Below are positions 37,161 through 48,225 of a stretch of 64,000 bases of DNA, piece after piece. The position numbers were made by a program, and so were the translations under genes. The stretch covers positions 70,337,769-70,401,768 of the forward strand of contig NC_068989.1 in assembly GCF_001194135.2 (NCBI RefSeq), written 5' to 3'. Each line of letters starts with the position of its first letter. Position 1 is the first letter of the stretch. This DNA comes from Octopus bimaculoides. Taxonomy: Eukaryota. The notes beneath the pieces were generated by a model that was not told where the DNA came from, did not search any database, and saw nothing but the letters and a program-made list of their open reading frames with translations.

Positions 37161-40100
37161 TCATGCCTTACGCAATGTGACAACATTTTTTCGACACAGC
37201 TTATGATTTAAGTCTTCCATAGCTTTTAAAGCCTCATCTCTCGTAACAAATCCTATCATAGCATTACCAGTAGGTCTGCCATCATCGGCATAGTGGAGAC
37301 GAATTGACTCAGGCACCGGGTAATAACCCCTGAAGAAGTTCAGAATTTCTCCAATAGACACTGAAGGAGGAAAATTTTCCCCCTTAACATACTCATACTG
37401 TTTACCACCATGAACCATAAAAGGAGGATTAGAAGATTCTGTGTTGTTTTGCATATTAGCCTGCCTGGCTTGTTTCAAACAGTCCATCATTTCAGCTTTA
37501 GTTACTGCAGTAACATTAACATAACGCTTTCCTACATACTTCTTGTCACGAGCAACAGCTTTTTCACAATCTGTACTTGTTACAAATTCCACAAAAGCCT
37601 GCCCAGTTGTACGGCCATCTTTTCCATAAACAATTTGGATACCCCGAGGTGCAATATTTAAACCCTGACAAAATTCTTTAATTTCGTTAGTAGTTACTGC
37701 AAAAGGAAGTCCCTTTAGACTGACACAATAATAAGGGACTGGGTGTGATGTGAGAGTTTCGTTTTTTTTCCCATTACTGCTGGATAATGACTTTTTATCT
37801 TGAGCTTTAGCTTCAGATATTTTAGAAGCTAGGTTTTCCATTTTATCACTACTGCCAGTTTTGGAATCTGTTTTCCCAACAGCTTTTGAAACATCTTTCT
37901 GATTTTTGTTAGGGGAAGATTTTTCTGATGACCCTTTTTTCTCTTTGTCTTGTAAAAGTGACATATCTTTCTTGTTTCCTTCAACAATACGAATAAGTCG
38001 TCCCCCCATGTGACGTCCATCGTATGTGAGGGAGCTGTCATAGTCTTTCTGAGACATTACTTCAACAAATGCAATACCAGTGTTCTTACCACGGGAATCA
38101 TGTTCGATTACAATACATGTGCTTGGGTTGGAAATATGAACATCTTTTAAGAATTTTACTATATCATCATTTGTTGCATTAAGAGGAATACCTTTGATTT
38201 GAATAACTGGGAAAGGAGTTGATGATGAAGACGATGTGTTATCAGCAGTGTTTGCACTTGTTTCTTTGTTAGATTTAACCAGAGGAGGAATATCATTGCT
38301 TGTATTTGGTTTCGCACTAGACATGTCCCTTGAAGGGTTTTCATTTAGATTATCGCTTTTCATCATTTTATTTGGGGTTGGCCCATGAGTTGCTTTCGGT
38401 ACAAAGGAATCAATGGCATTTTCAAAATCCTCCATTGAGCACCGGTATATTTCTATATATCGGTTTGCCATGAAATTTCCATGACGTGAGAATGCTTCTG
38501 CTGTGTCTTGCTCAGAAGCAAATTTGATAAATGCATTGCCAGCTCTCCGCCCCTTTTCATTATTGATAAGTTTTAAACCATCTCGAGGGATGGTACATCC
38601 AGAGAAGAATCTTCGCACATCACGGTAGCCAACACTATAAGGTAGGCCAACTACTTCAACAAACAAATCAGGTTCACAGTGTCCACGTTTTATACCACGC
38701 ATAGAATTATCATCCATATTACCAGGCCGTCTATTTCCAGAATCACCAGAACCAAAGTTCATTTCATTAGGGGGTCCATATTTTCTATCGTCCATAAGTG
38801 ATCCTGGCATTCGACCAGGGGGACCTCCTCTCTCATTTCTGTTTGGGCTGCCATACCTTCCATAGGGTTCATTTCTTGGGAAAGGTGGTGGGCCATCATT
38901 TCTGTGGTATGGAGGTTGGTTTGGAGGCATATCATTCCAAGAACCAGGTTGAGAGTAGTGCGGGCCCATATTCATTTCCTCCTCATGCCATTCATTACGG
39001 AAATCATCAAGTCTTTCTCCGGGAATCCGATCATCTCTCATGGCATAGCCATCATCACCCCAGTTGACTTGACTGTCGTGCGGTGGGCCAGGTTGGCCAG
39101 GTAGAAACCCAGGAGGAGCATCACCTAAAAGACCTCTAGGTAATCCACTCATGTCAGGATCTTCATACATTTTATCTTTTCCTTGAAACATATTAGGATC
39201 ATCACCCATATTTGGTTCACCAAAGGGAGGACAATCAGGATGACCTAAAGGTCTGTCAGGAAATCTTTGCCCATCAAAACCAGGCATGGAACCTGGAAAT
39301 CCTGGATCTCTAGGTGGAGTTTGGCCATAATTATAATCTCCTCTTCTACCATCAGCTCCATAGTCATTTTTGGATCTATTATTTCTGTTCATATTTCCAC
39401 CCATATCCATACGCCCTTTTCTGTTGTTATTCATTTCTCCTGGACCAGTATTTTTGTATGTGTCTACAGGTAGACCAGACTGTCTGTTGGAGCCTCCTGA
39501 ATCAGTTTTAGTTTGATTATCCCGTCCACCTCGATCGAAATCTCGAGTACCAACTCCTCTATTTAGAGGAGCTTTGTCACTGCCCCGACTACCATCGTGC
39601 CTTGAGTCATTTCTTGAAGTTTCATAGCGACCTCCAGAATCATGCTGGTTATCATAACGCCCACCATCGTACCTACTGTCATGTCTACCACCATCATAAT
39701 GACTATCATATCTTGAATCTCTCCGATTTTCTCTTCTGTCATAGCGATTGCTATCATCTCTTCCCCGATCATGCCTGTCATATCGACCACCATCGTCACG
39801 GCTACGGTCATGTCGACTACTATCATGGCGACCAGAATCATATCTGTTGAATTCATGTCTACCTGACTCTGACCTGGAATCATGGCGAGAGTCAGACTTT
39901 GAATCATGGCGACCAGAATCAGATCGATTTGAGTCATTTCTACTTGATTCATGACGGCTAGACTCTGCAGTTTTACTCCCTTCATTCCTGCTAGAATCTG
40001 ATCTGTTTTGGTCAACTTTAGAGATGTCAGATCTCCCAGAGCTACTTGGCCGATTAGCTTCAGATCTATTCGCAGCCATTCTTCCAGTTTCAAGTCTTAG

Positions 40101-41555
40101 AGATTCTGTTCTTTCTTGATCTGTCCTGACATGTTCAGTTCTGTTGACATCAGGATGTGGGTTGTCAAATCTGGATTCATGTCTTCCACCATAACTTCTT
40201 CCTGAATCTGGTCTACCAGAATCATGGCGCCCAACATCAAGTTTTGGAGGATCTCGACGCCCTGCATCACCTCTGTTTGGTTCTAGTCTTCCCATGCTGG
40301 CTTCAGGGTGCACAAGGTCAGAACGTCCTTGATCATGTCTCACCATATCAGGCCTTGAAGGTTCATTTCTCATGTAGTTCATTGGGTGAGCTGGATCTGG
40401 GTTAGTGTTAGTTGAGTCATTTGTACGAGGCTGATTAGGTTGATTTAACATATCTCCTCTTGCCACTGGTGGGACTATATCAAGCCGTGGAGGACCATGC
40501 GGTTGAAACTCAGGTCTGTTTTGGTCTGGTCTGTTAATATTTGCAGGAGGCATATGATGAACTGGAATATTAGGCCTCATATTATTCTGATTGGTCTCAA
40601 ATTCATTTTTACGTTCTGTATGATAAGGGGGCAGCACTTCTGGCCCAGGAGGTTTACCCAGTGGCATTATCTCAGGGGGCTGCAATGGAGGATTTGGGAT
40701 TTGGATATTTCTGTTGGGTTGTGGAACTGGGTAATTGGGTAAATTTAAATGTGCATCTCTCACATTCATAAATCCTCCAGGAGGTGCATTTACATTTGCA
40801 GTTCCAAAGTGCCTTTGATCATTTGCACCATGTTCCAATCTAGGATCTTGGTTTGGTGGAAAATTGGGCCGACGATTAACAGCAAAATCATTTGGGGCTT
40901 CTGGAGGGCGGAAATCCATTGGCGGCCTGTTCATGTTATTATCTGGGTCTTGTGATACAAAATATGGATCTCGATTATTTGGATTCATCAGATTTGGTCC
41001 AAATTTAGGATCAGGAGGCAGTCCAGGCATTGGTGGTAATCCAGGGACAGTGTTTGTTGTTGGTGGTGGTATATTACTTCGAATATCTGTAGGGACTGAA
41101 GGAAAATTCCTATTGGGATAATCCATGTTTCTTGGTGGAGGAACACTTCTATCTGGAATAAAATTTGTATGATTCTGTGGTCCTAATGAACGTATATGAT
41201 CATTTAAGGGTCCAGGAGGAGGACCAGTTGGTGGTCCTGTTGATGGGGGTGCAGCAGGAGCAGGTTTGCTGAAAGCTTGGGTAGGCACAGCTTCTCTGGC
41301 TAAAGCAATCACACTCTGCATTTCGGTTTTGCTACTGAGCAATAGTTGTACAGTGTTTCCATTGATTTGACCGTTTGTACGTAACATAGCTTGCCGCGCA
41401 TCTTCATCAGACCCAAATGCAATAAAAGCGTCACCTCTTTCTCCACCGACAATATGTACACCTCCGTCAGGGATACTTAATCCTTGGAAATACTGCCGAA
41501 TATCCATGGCACTAGCAGACCATGGAAGGCCTTGCAATCGAATGATTACAGACAT
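37161..41555 (-). CDS. RBM12: RNA-binding protein 12-like (5 RRMs, 1464 aa), single coding exon
   Basis: 4395-nt ORF. N-terminus MSVIIRLQGLPWSASAMDIRQYFQGLSIPDGGVHIVGGERGDAFIAF matches the RBM12/RBM12B RRM1 signature. Four more hnRNP F/H-type RRMs at about 38435-38669, 37980-38213, 37505-37733 and 37164-37400. Confidence 0.9.
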   Translation of the reverse strand: MSVIIRLQGLPWSASAMDIRQYFQGLSIPDGGVHIVGGERGDAFIAFGSDEDARQAMLRTNGQINGNTVQLLLSSKTEMQSVIALAREAVPTQAFSKPAPAAPPSTGPPTGPPPGPLNDHIRSLGPQNHTNFIPDRSVPPPRNMDYPNRNFPSVPTDIRSNIPPPTTNTVPGLPPMPGLPPDPKFGPNLMNPNNRDPYFVSQDPDNNMNRPPMDFRPPEAPNDFAVNRRPNFPPNQDPRLEHGANDQRHFGTANVNAPPGGFMNVRDAHLNLPNYPVPQPNRNIQIPNPPLQPPEIMPLGKPPGPEVLPPYHTERKNEFETNQNNMRPNIPVHHMPPANINRPDQNRPEFQPHGPPRLDIVPPVARGDMLNQPNQPRTNDSTNTNPDPAHPMNYMRNEPSRPDMVRHDQGRSDLVHPEASMGRLEPNRGDAGRRDPPKLDVGRHDSGRPDSGRSYGGRHESRFDNPHPDVNRTEHVRTDQERTESLRLETGRMAANRSEANRPSSSGRSDISKVDQNRSDSSRNEGSKTAESSRHESSRNDSNRSDSGRHDSKSDSRHDSRSESGRHEFNRYDSGRHDSSRHDRSRDDGGRYDRHDRGRDDSNRYDRRENRRDSRYDSHYDGGRHDSRYDGGRYDNQHDSGGRYETSRNDSRHDGSRGSDKAPLNRGVGTRDFDRGGRDNQTKTDSGGSNRQSGLPVDTYKNTGPGEMNNNRKGRMDMGGNMNRNNRSKNDYGADGRRGDYNYGQTPPRDPGFPGSMPGFDGQRFPDRPLGHPDCPPFGEPNMGDDPNMFQGKDKMYEDPDMSGLPRGLLGDAPPGFLPGQPGPPHDSQVNWGDDGYAMRDDRIPGERLDDFRNEWHEEEMNMGPHYSQPGSWNDMPPNQPPYHRNDGPPPFPRNEPYGRYGSPNRNERGGPPGRMPGSLMDDRKYGPPNEMNFGSGDSGNRRPGNMDDNSMRGIKRGHCEPDLFVEVVGLPYSVGYRDVRRFFSGCTIPRDGLKLINNEKGRRAGNAFIKFASEQDTAEAFSRHGNFMANRYIEIYRCSMEDFENAIDSFVPKATHGPTPNKMMKSDNLNENPSRDMSSAKPNTSNDIPPLVKSNKETSANTADNTSSSSSTPFPVIQIKGIPLNATNDDIVKFLKDVHISNPSTCIVIEHDSRGKNTGIAFVEVMSQKDYDSSLTYDGRHMGGRLIRIVEGNKKDMSLLQDKEKKGSSEKSSPNKNQKDVSKAVGKTDSKTGSSDKMENLASKISEAKAQDKKSLSSSNGKKNETLTSHPVPYYCVSLKGLPFAVTTNEIKEFCQGLNIAPRGIQIVYGKDGRTTGQAFVEFVTSTDCEKAVARDKKYVGKRYVNVTAVTKAEMMDCLKQARQANMQNNTESSNPPFMVHGGKQYEYVKGENFPPSVSIGEILNFFRGYYPVPESIRLHYADDGRPTGNAMIGFVTRDEALKAMEDLNHKLCRKNVVTLRKA

Positions 41556-41558
41556 TTT

Positions 41559-41590
41559 CTGAAAAAGAAAAAAAAGAAAAAAACTGTTAT
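41559..41590 (-). promoter_or_regulatory. 3' splice site (polypyrimidine tract + CAG) 3 nt upstream of the RBM12-like ATG
   Basis: Minus strand reads tttttttctttttttt ctttttcag|aaaATG, implying non-coding 5' exon(s) further upstream. Confidence 0.8.
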
Positions 41591-44500
41591 TTATTTGTAA
41601 TAAATTAATTTCACAAAGAACATTGTTTTATTTTCTAAACATAAATCAATCAATTCATCAGACATACATGGCTGAATGTTGAGAAGCTTCCTTCCCAACC
41701 ATGTGCTCTTGGGTTCAGTCCCACTGCATGGCACTGTTGGTAAGTGTCTTACACAGTAGCTTTGGATGAACCAAAGCCTTGCAAGTAGATGGAAACTGAA
41801 AGAAGCTTGTCAGTTACTGAAGCATTGATGACAATTTGAAACCAACAAGATCTGGGAAAGGGAAGGACAGCCCAGAGTTGAAGACAATGGAGAAAAGTCA
41901 TCAATGGCCTGTTCCCACCAAGAGTGAATGGTTTAAGCTAAGCTATAGAGGAGTGTATTCACAATTGATTTTAGAATCCTCAGAGAATGTTATTTATCTG
42001 CTTATGGAACCAGGATGCAGAAGAACCAAAAGGACAAAAAGGGAGTATATCTTATAGGATATCATGACAAAACTATAGCTGTTTTCCTTGCTTAACAACA
42101 CACTGACATAATTCATTTTCTGCCTTTATCTACTTAAGGAGACAGTCTTGGCACTATTATGTCCAGTAAGAGGAGAAAAAATTCACGAAAAAGTAAATGC
42201 ATTTATCACTGTCTTAACACTAGAATAATCAGTTTATGCAAAATGACAAATATTATTACATTATTGTAATTATATCTGCAATACAAACCTGTCTTTCACT
42301 GTTGAGGGGAAAAACAAACAAACATACAGAATTAGAGAAAGCATATAACATAAATAATAACTCATTCCAGAAATATGTAGGTGATAGCATGTTTAATGGT
42401 TAAAATAATAAAAATCTATCGTATTCAGATTATCACTATCATGAGTACAAAAAAAAAAGAAAGAAAGAAAAAGAAAAAAGATTAGTTGATGGATATTATT
42501 ATTTCACCAAGGATTGCAAACTCTGGACATGTTTTACCTTGTTAAAAACTCATCAGCCTTTTCATAGATTATTCAAGTGTTAGTGAGTAAATTGCTAAGT
42601 AAATACACTTAATTGAAGTTGAAATTCATGTCATGAAAGAACTCAGAGATATTGTGAATATGTCAGATGCTTAATGCACACAGACACACAAAAACCCCAC
42701 ATGAACCTGATAAGTATTAAAAACTGAAATACTAAACTTAGCACATTCCATTTAAATATATTCTTTAAAAAAAAAAAACACTGTTCTAATTATACTGTCC
42801 AACAAAGAATTTTACGTGTACCAACAAATATTTTTAATGCAATTTTTCAGTAGTATAGTTTCTGAGACGAGATAAATTATCCTTTTTTTAATATACTCTT
42901 ATTTGTTTCAGTCATTTGACTGTGGCCATGCTGGAGCACTGCCCTTAGTCGAACAAATCGACACCAGAACTTATTCTTTGTAAGCCTAGTACTTATTCTA
43001 TCAGTCTTTTGCCAAACCACTAAGTTATGGGGACGTAGACACACCAACATCGGTTGTCAAGTGATGGTGGGGGGGGGCAAACACAGACACAAACATATAT
43101 ATGTATATATACAATGGGCTTCTTTCAGTTTCTGTCTACCAAATCCAATCACAAGGCTTTGGTCGGTCCAAGGCTATAGCAGAAAACACTTGCCCAAGGT
43201 GTCACACAGTAGGACTGAACTCAGAAACGTGGTTGGTAAGCAAGCTACTTACCACACAGCCACTCCTGCACCTATGTATATAATTATATTTTAAATATTT
43301 TTGTTTTTCAGAACATTTGCTATTTAATCAGCATGACCATGAATGTAAAATCCATACTCTTTTACTTGTTTCAGTCATTTGACTGTGGCCATGCTGGAGC
43401 ACTGCCTTTAGTCGAGCAAATTGACTTATTCTTTGTAAGCCTAGTACTTATTCTATCAGTCTCTCTTTTTTTTTGTTGCCGAACCGCCAAGTTATGGGGA
43501 TGTAAACATACCAGCATCGGTTGTCAAGCGATGGTGGGAGGACAAACACAGACACACACACACATATATATACGACAGGCTTCTTTCAGTTTCCGTCTAC
43601 CAAATCCACTCACAAGGCTTTGGTCGGCCTGAGGCTATAGTAGAAGACACTTGCCCAAGGTGCCACGCAGTGGGACTGAACCGAGAACCATGTGGTTGGT
43701 AAGCAAGCTACTTACCACACAGCCTTGTGATGTTTTTACAGCAAAGACCCAATGATCAGCTATCACGATGGGTCATATGGAAATAGACCAGATATATTAT
43801 ACTTTGGTTGTTATATAGTTACCATATATTTTTTTATATAACACACACACACATAAGCAACATGCCAGTTTAATCATTAAACTGCACATGGTTTTTAATA
43901 TGGGAAAATTACATAAAACTACGTGAAGCTGAAATCAGTGAAACCAGATCCAGATCAGTTAAATATGACATTTTCCTATACTACAAAAAAAAAAAAAAGC
44001 CACAAAACCGAAAAATGTATATACTAAAACCTCAAATGGTGAACTAGCTTCCATAGTTAATGAACGTGTAATTGTTGGGGATGCTGTAATGTCTATAGTT
44101 GGTGTCAAAGTTATTTACTTCAAAGTATTTGAATACTTAAAAGACTTAAAGAGAAGGTAAAATTTCATATTTCAAGGTAAATTCCTTGACCAAAAAGTGC
44201 AAGTTAGTTGCTACCCTCTGCTAGAGAAATATCAATTTCGCAACAAGCTTTACAGCTGATGGTCCATTCTGCTACTGCAATGACAAAGAACTCTTTCACA
44301 CAACTTGTCTCAAATTCCTGTAGTATCTGACTGGTACTGCATCACTGATTTACTGCAAAGAGGTCTGAAAGCAGGTCTTCTGTGTAATAGCAAAGTAAAG
44401 CAACAGATCCCTGTTGTCCAATATATACATCTAAAAAGAGACATGACCTACTACTTGGTACCATATACAATGGATTGAATAATGGAATCATCATCATTTA

Positions 44501-45225
44501 ATGAGTTTTCCATACTGGCATGGGTTGGAATCTTTGGCAATGTCAAAGATATATACTGGTATGCATGCAAGATTTACCACTATCACTGTTTATAACTATG
44601 GCTCTCTATATTCAATGAGATTGGCCACTAAGGAATGAAAACAATCTAATTTGTTCTTTTAGTTGATCCCAAGAATATATTTCTACCTCTACATATCACA
44701 AACTTTTGAAGGGAATTTCAAAAGGGTGGATGTGCATATCAATGAAGTTTTAAAAGTTACTGAATTTGAACAAATCCTTAATCTATACACTGAAATTAAA
44801 AGCTTTGACAGGCTTCTCAATGTTTATGCATTAAACTTTCTGGGGAATATTGTCTGAGGCGGAGTTGAGAACCTATTAAGGCAGATTAGATGTCATTAAC
44901 AACACACTTCCTACATTCTTCCCTAAATTTCTTTTGAGAAAAATTCCATCAAGCTATTCATGTAATGGAAACACAATACTAGGAATTTGGGAATGACTGT
45001 TGTTGAATGCATCACAATCAAGTTTAGATAACAATACCAGAACTTATTCATTAACTATAGCACTTCACTAAAATCTCAATTTCTGTATAAACTTACTTAT
45101 TCCAAAGATTTTTGCCCTTTCAGCCACAACGGAATGTTTGTTTGTGTTTAACGATCTAATATGAGGGTTGATTTGTGCCTATCAGAACATACCTACTGAA
45201 ACTATATTACCATCATTATATGTAA

Positions 45226-46590
45226 CTAGCAGAAAGACCACCCTCTGGGCAGTTTTCTGCTAGCCACTTGATATTTCCACATTTGATTCCCAATTCTAAT
45301 AATTTTTATGATATTTTATGTCGAATTATTTCTTTGTATAATAGTGCTCACTTGCTTAGTAAATATTGCTTTCATTATTTTATCAGTCATAATCTCTCTT
45401 TTTTTAAAGAGTCAATCTGTGATATATATCTATCATTAATAATTGGCAGAACTTACATAGGTGTGCATAGATAGATAGCTGGATGGAGGGATACACACAC
45501 ACACACAAAAGTCTGGTGCTGTGAGAACACATGGGAATGGTGTTTCCTTACTTTTTCAAATAAATCCAAATTTAAAATGATCTAATATAATATCATTCAT
45601 TCGGCATGTGTTGAAATATGCCAAAACAATTGAATTCCACACAAATATATGTTACTTTACTTTAAAGTAGTATCTCCTTGTAAACACAATTGTCAGTAAT
45701 CATACTGTTTCTATTTCTCTCAGCCAATGTTTTTACATTAGCCTTCTATCAAACTCTAGATAATGCAACATACAGCTGACCATGTAAGAAGAATTGTGCC
45801 GGAAGATACATTCCAATTTGTTCAAAAGTCTGTCCCTGTGCCTTGTAGCATGTCAAGGCAAAAGCTGGCTTAACAGGAAATAGTTTGCCTGTAGATGTAA
45901 ACGGAAATTCCATTTCTTGAGATACATGTGGCACTCTTGGGATTAGCAGAGTTGATCCTGCATAAGGGCAAGAAGTAACCTCAGCCTCAATAACATGATC
46001 ATGTAAACTGATAATGATGTAGCATGTGCCATTGCAATGTCCATTAGTAGCGTCTAAATTTCTCAGAAGCATTATGCATCTTCTTTTCTTCAGTTTGAGA
46101 ATAGTGTACTTATGAACTCGATTATGTACAGAGTTTCATTATCAACTGTATCTGAGCTTCTTTATATTTTTAGCTCACCAGGGATCCTGGTCAACAGTAA
46201 ATCATCCACAAATTGTGCTGCTTCATTTGTTGGAGTAACAATGGTTCTATTTGCAAACCACACAGGGTTTGTGAAGTTATTTTTGGGGTCAGCATATACA
46301 AAATCTCACAGATCTGACAGAGTACCACTTTCAAGTCAAAGGTCATTGGGTAGTTTGATTTTGAATTCACCTAGGCTTTGTTCAACAGAAATGTTACTAT
46401 TTCCTACATCAAGAAGGTAATTAGCAAACTCTCTTTCATCAGAATGACCTTCTGTAAGAAGTCTTAGATTGGTTGTCAACTCCACTACTTCCACATGATC
46501 GCAAAGAAAAGATCTCTTTAGTGTTGAGTCAATAATTTGTGATCTGACACCATTATTTTTAAATAGAATATTCTCCTCTTGAGACACCCT
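45226..46590 (-). mobile_element. Helitron 3' fragment: PIF1-like helicase remnant, internal microsatellite, and 3' hairpin + CTAG terminus
   Basis: FANYLLDVGN, RTIVTPTNE, IMLLRNLD..G.CNGT, PVKPAFALTCYKAQGQTF, FLHGQLYVALSRV (motifs V/VI). Minus strand ends ...tttctgCTAG|T at 45226. Confidence 0.85.
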
Positions 46591-46861
46591 AACCAGTCAG
46601 TCACGTGTAGCGGAAACAGAATCCTGTCTACGTCTCCGTGCATATTCAGACATCAGATTCAGTCACTTTGCCCTGGTTCCATCTCATTCGGTTGCCCGTC
46701 TTTCTTTCTGCTGTTGTGCCTTTACTGCTAAATTTTTTTTTTCAGTCGCATATTATAGATAAATGAAAGCTCGTTAAAAACTCTTGTTTAGCGTGCTAAA
46801 AATAGCAGCAATTTCATAGTTATTATTCTAAAGCTTATAGCATTCCAAGTTGCCATACCAA

Positions 46862-47153
46862 CAAAATCACTTCTTCATTACAAAAAAATTACTGGTATAT
46901 TAAAGAATTTTCATGTTATCGAAAATATTTATTTAACAAACTCTAGAAACTGATAATATTCTTGAAATTGTGCCTCGTATCAAAGTTATGCAGCTAGTTT
47001 GTGTAATAGCATGCATTTATTCAATACAACATCACTTCAAAAATTATACCAGTATATAAAAAAATTTTCATTTTATCAAAAATATTCATTTAACAAACTC
47101 CAGAAACTGATAATATCCTTGAAATTGTGTCTAGTATCAAAGTTATATAGCTA
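46862..47153 (+). repeat. Imperfect tandem duplication, period ~165 bp
   Basis: 46862-46996 vs 47027-47153 share tttaacaaactc.agaaactgataatat.cttgaaattgtg.ct.gtatcaaagttat. Confidence 0.85.
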
Positions 47154-47879
47154 TTAATAAATTATCATTAACGAAAATAGAGGTGAGCGAGAATAAGAGG
47201 CTGTTGCAAACAAAAACATAATGTGTTGCCTGCAACAAATTAATATTGTTTATTATTAAACATTAAAATCTACTCCGCAGTGAATGCAATGAATATTTAA
47301 ATTTGCAAGAATTTGGAGTTTAAAAAATTCAATAAACTTCAGAAATCGAAATTACAGGAAATTTCTTAGAACATGAATTTATAAAAATATTTCCAGATGG
47401 TCAAGCTTTTAATTTTGCTTTCTTTTAGTAATTGTTACATACCTAATTAATAAGCAGCTTTCTCCATTATACTGCATTCATTGAGTTTCAACAGTCTAAA
47501 TATATATTGCACAAAATACAAGCTCACTTCTTTGCTTGTAGAGCCAACAGGATGAAAGATGCATTTGTCTTTGGATAGAACACTATTTTATTCTAAGTTT
47601 TGTACCCAGCAACAATTCTTTGAATAATTTAAGGTTGTGAGTAAATGTATAGTTATGCCTAACAACCAGTGAGTCAAGTGGGTTGCCTTTGGTGTTTATC
47701 CAACACAAGGACAAAAAGCCAAGTTAATTTTGGTAATAACAGGCTTTCAACAAATAAAAGTTTGACCACAGAGTTCTTCACTATCTTTGGAAATACTCAG
47801 AATTTGTAATTTGGTCATTTTATGCTTAAATGTGAAAGAACACTTGGTGGATAAAACAATTGAAATCAATACCAATGAT

Positions 47880-48225
47880 AATGCAACATAATTTAGATGA
47901 ATGAAGAATGTGGACCACACATCCGAACATGGTCGATGCCAGCCCCCCCGCCCCGACAGGATCATGTGCCGGTAGCACATAAAAATCACCATCTGAACGT
48001 GGCCGATGCCAGTGCTGCCTGACTGGTTCCCGTGCCGGTGGCACGTAAAAGGCACCTACTACACTCTCAGAGTGGTTGGCGTTAGGAAGGGCATCCAGCT
48101 GCAGAAACACTGCTAGATCAGATTGGAGCCTGGTGTGGCCGCCTGGCTTTCCAGACCCCAGTTAAACCATCCAACCCATGCCAGCATGGAAAACGGATGT
48201 TAAACAATGATGATGATGACACACT
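47880..48225 (+). mobile_element. Short RTE 3'-end elements (5'-truncated LINE or RTE-dependent SINE). Also at about 1230-1500(-), 3640-3890(+), 8290-8600(-), 8750-9070(+), 10260-10500(+), 12770-13095(+), 27495-27750(-), 49600-49870(+), 55523-55720(-), 60480-60690(-)
   Basis: gcacc(c/t)actacactctc.gagtggttggcgttaggaagggcatccagctg...catgc.agcatggaaa.cgga.gttaaac.atgatgatg, matching the 3' UTR of the 52-55 kb RTE. Confidence 0.85.

Noticed and set aside
37410-41121. Antisense and alternate-frame ORFs over the RBM12-like CDS (e.g. 39563-40093, 39602-39850)
   Set aside because: Shadows of a long, repetitive coding exon; no recognisable domains.
44210-44430. Candidate non-coding 5' exon of the RBM12-like gene
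   Set aside because: Acceptor-like ctttttag exists on the minus strand but the donor is ambiguous; cannot be supported without transcript data.
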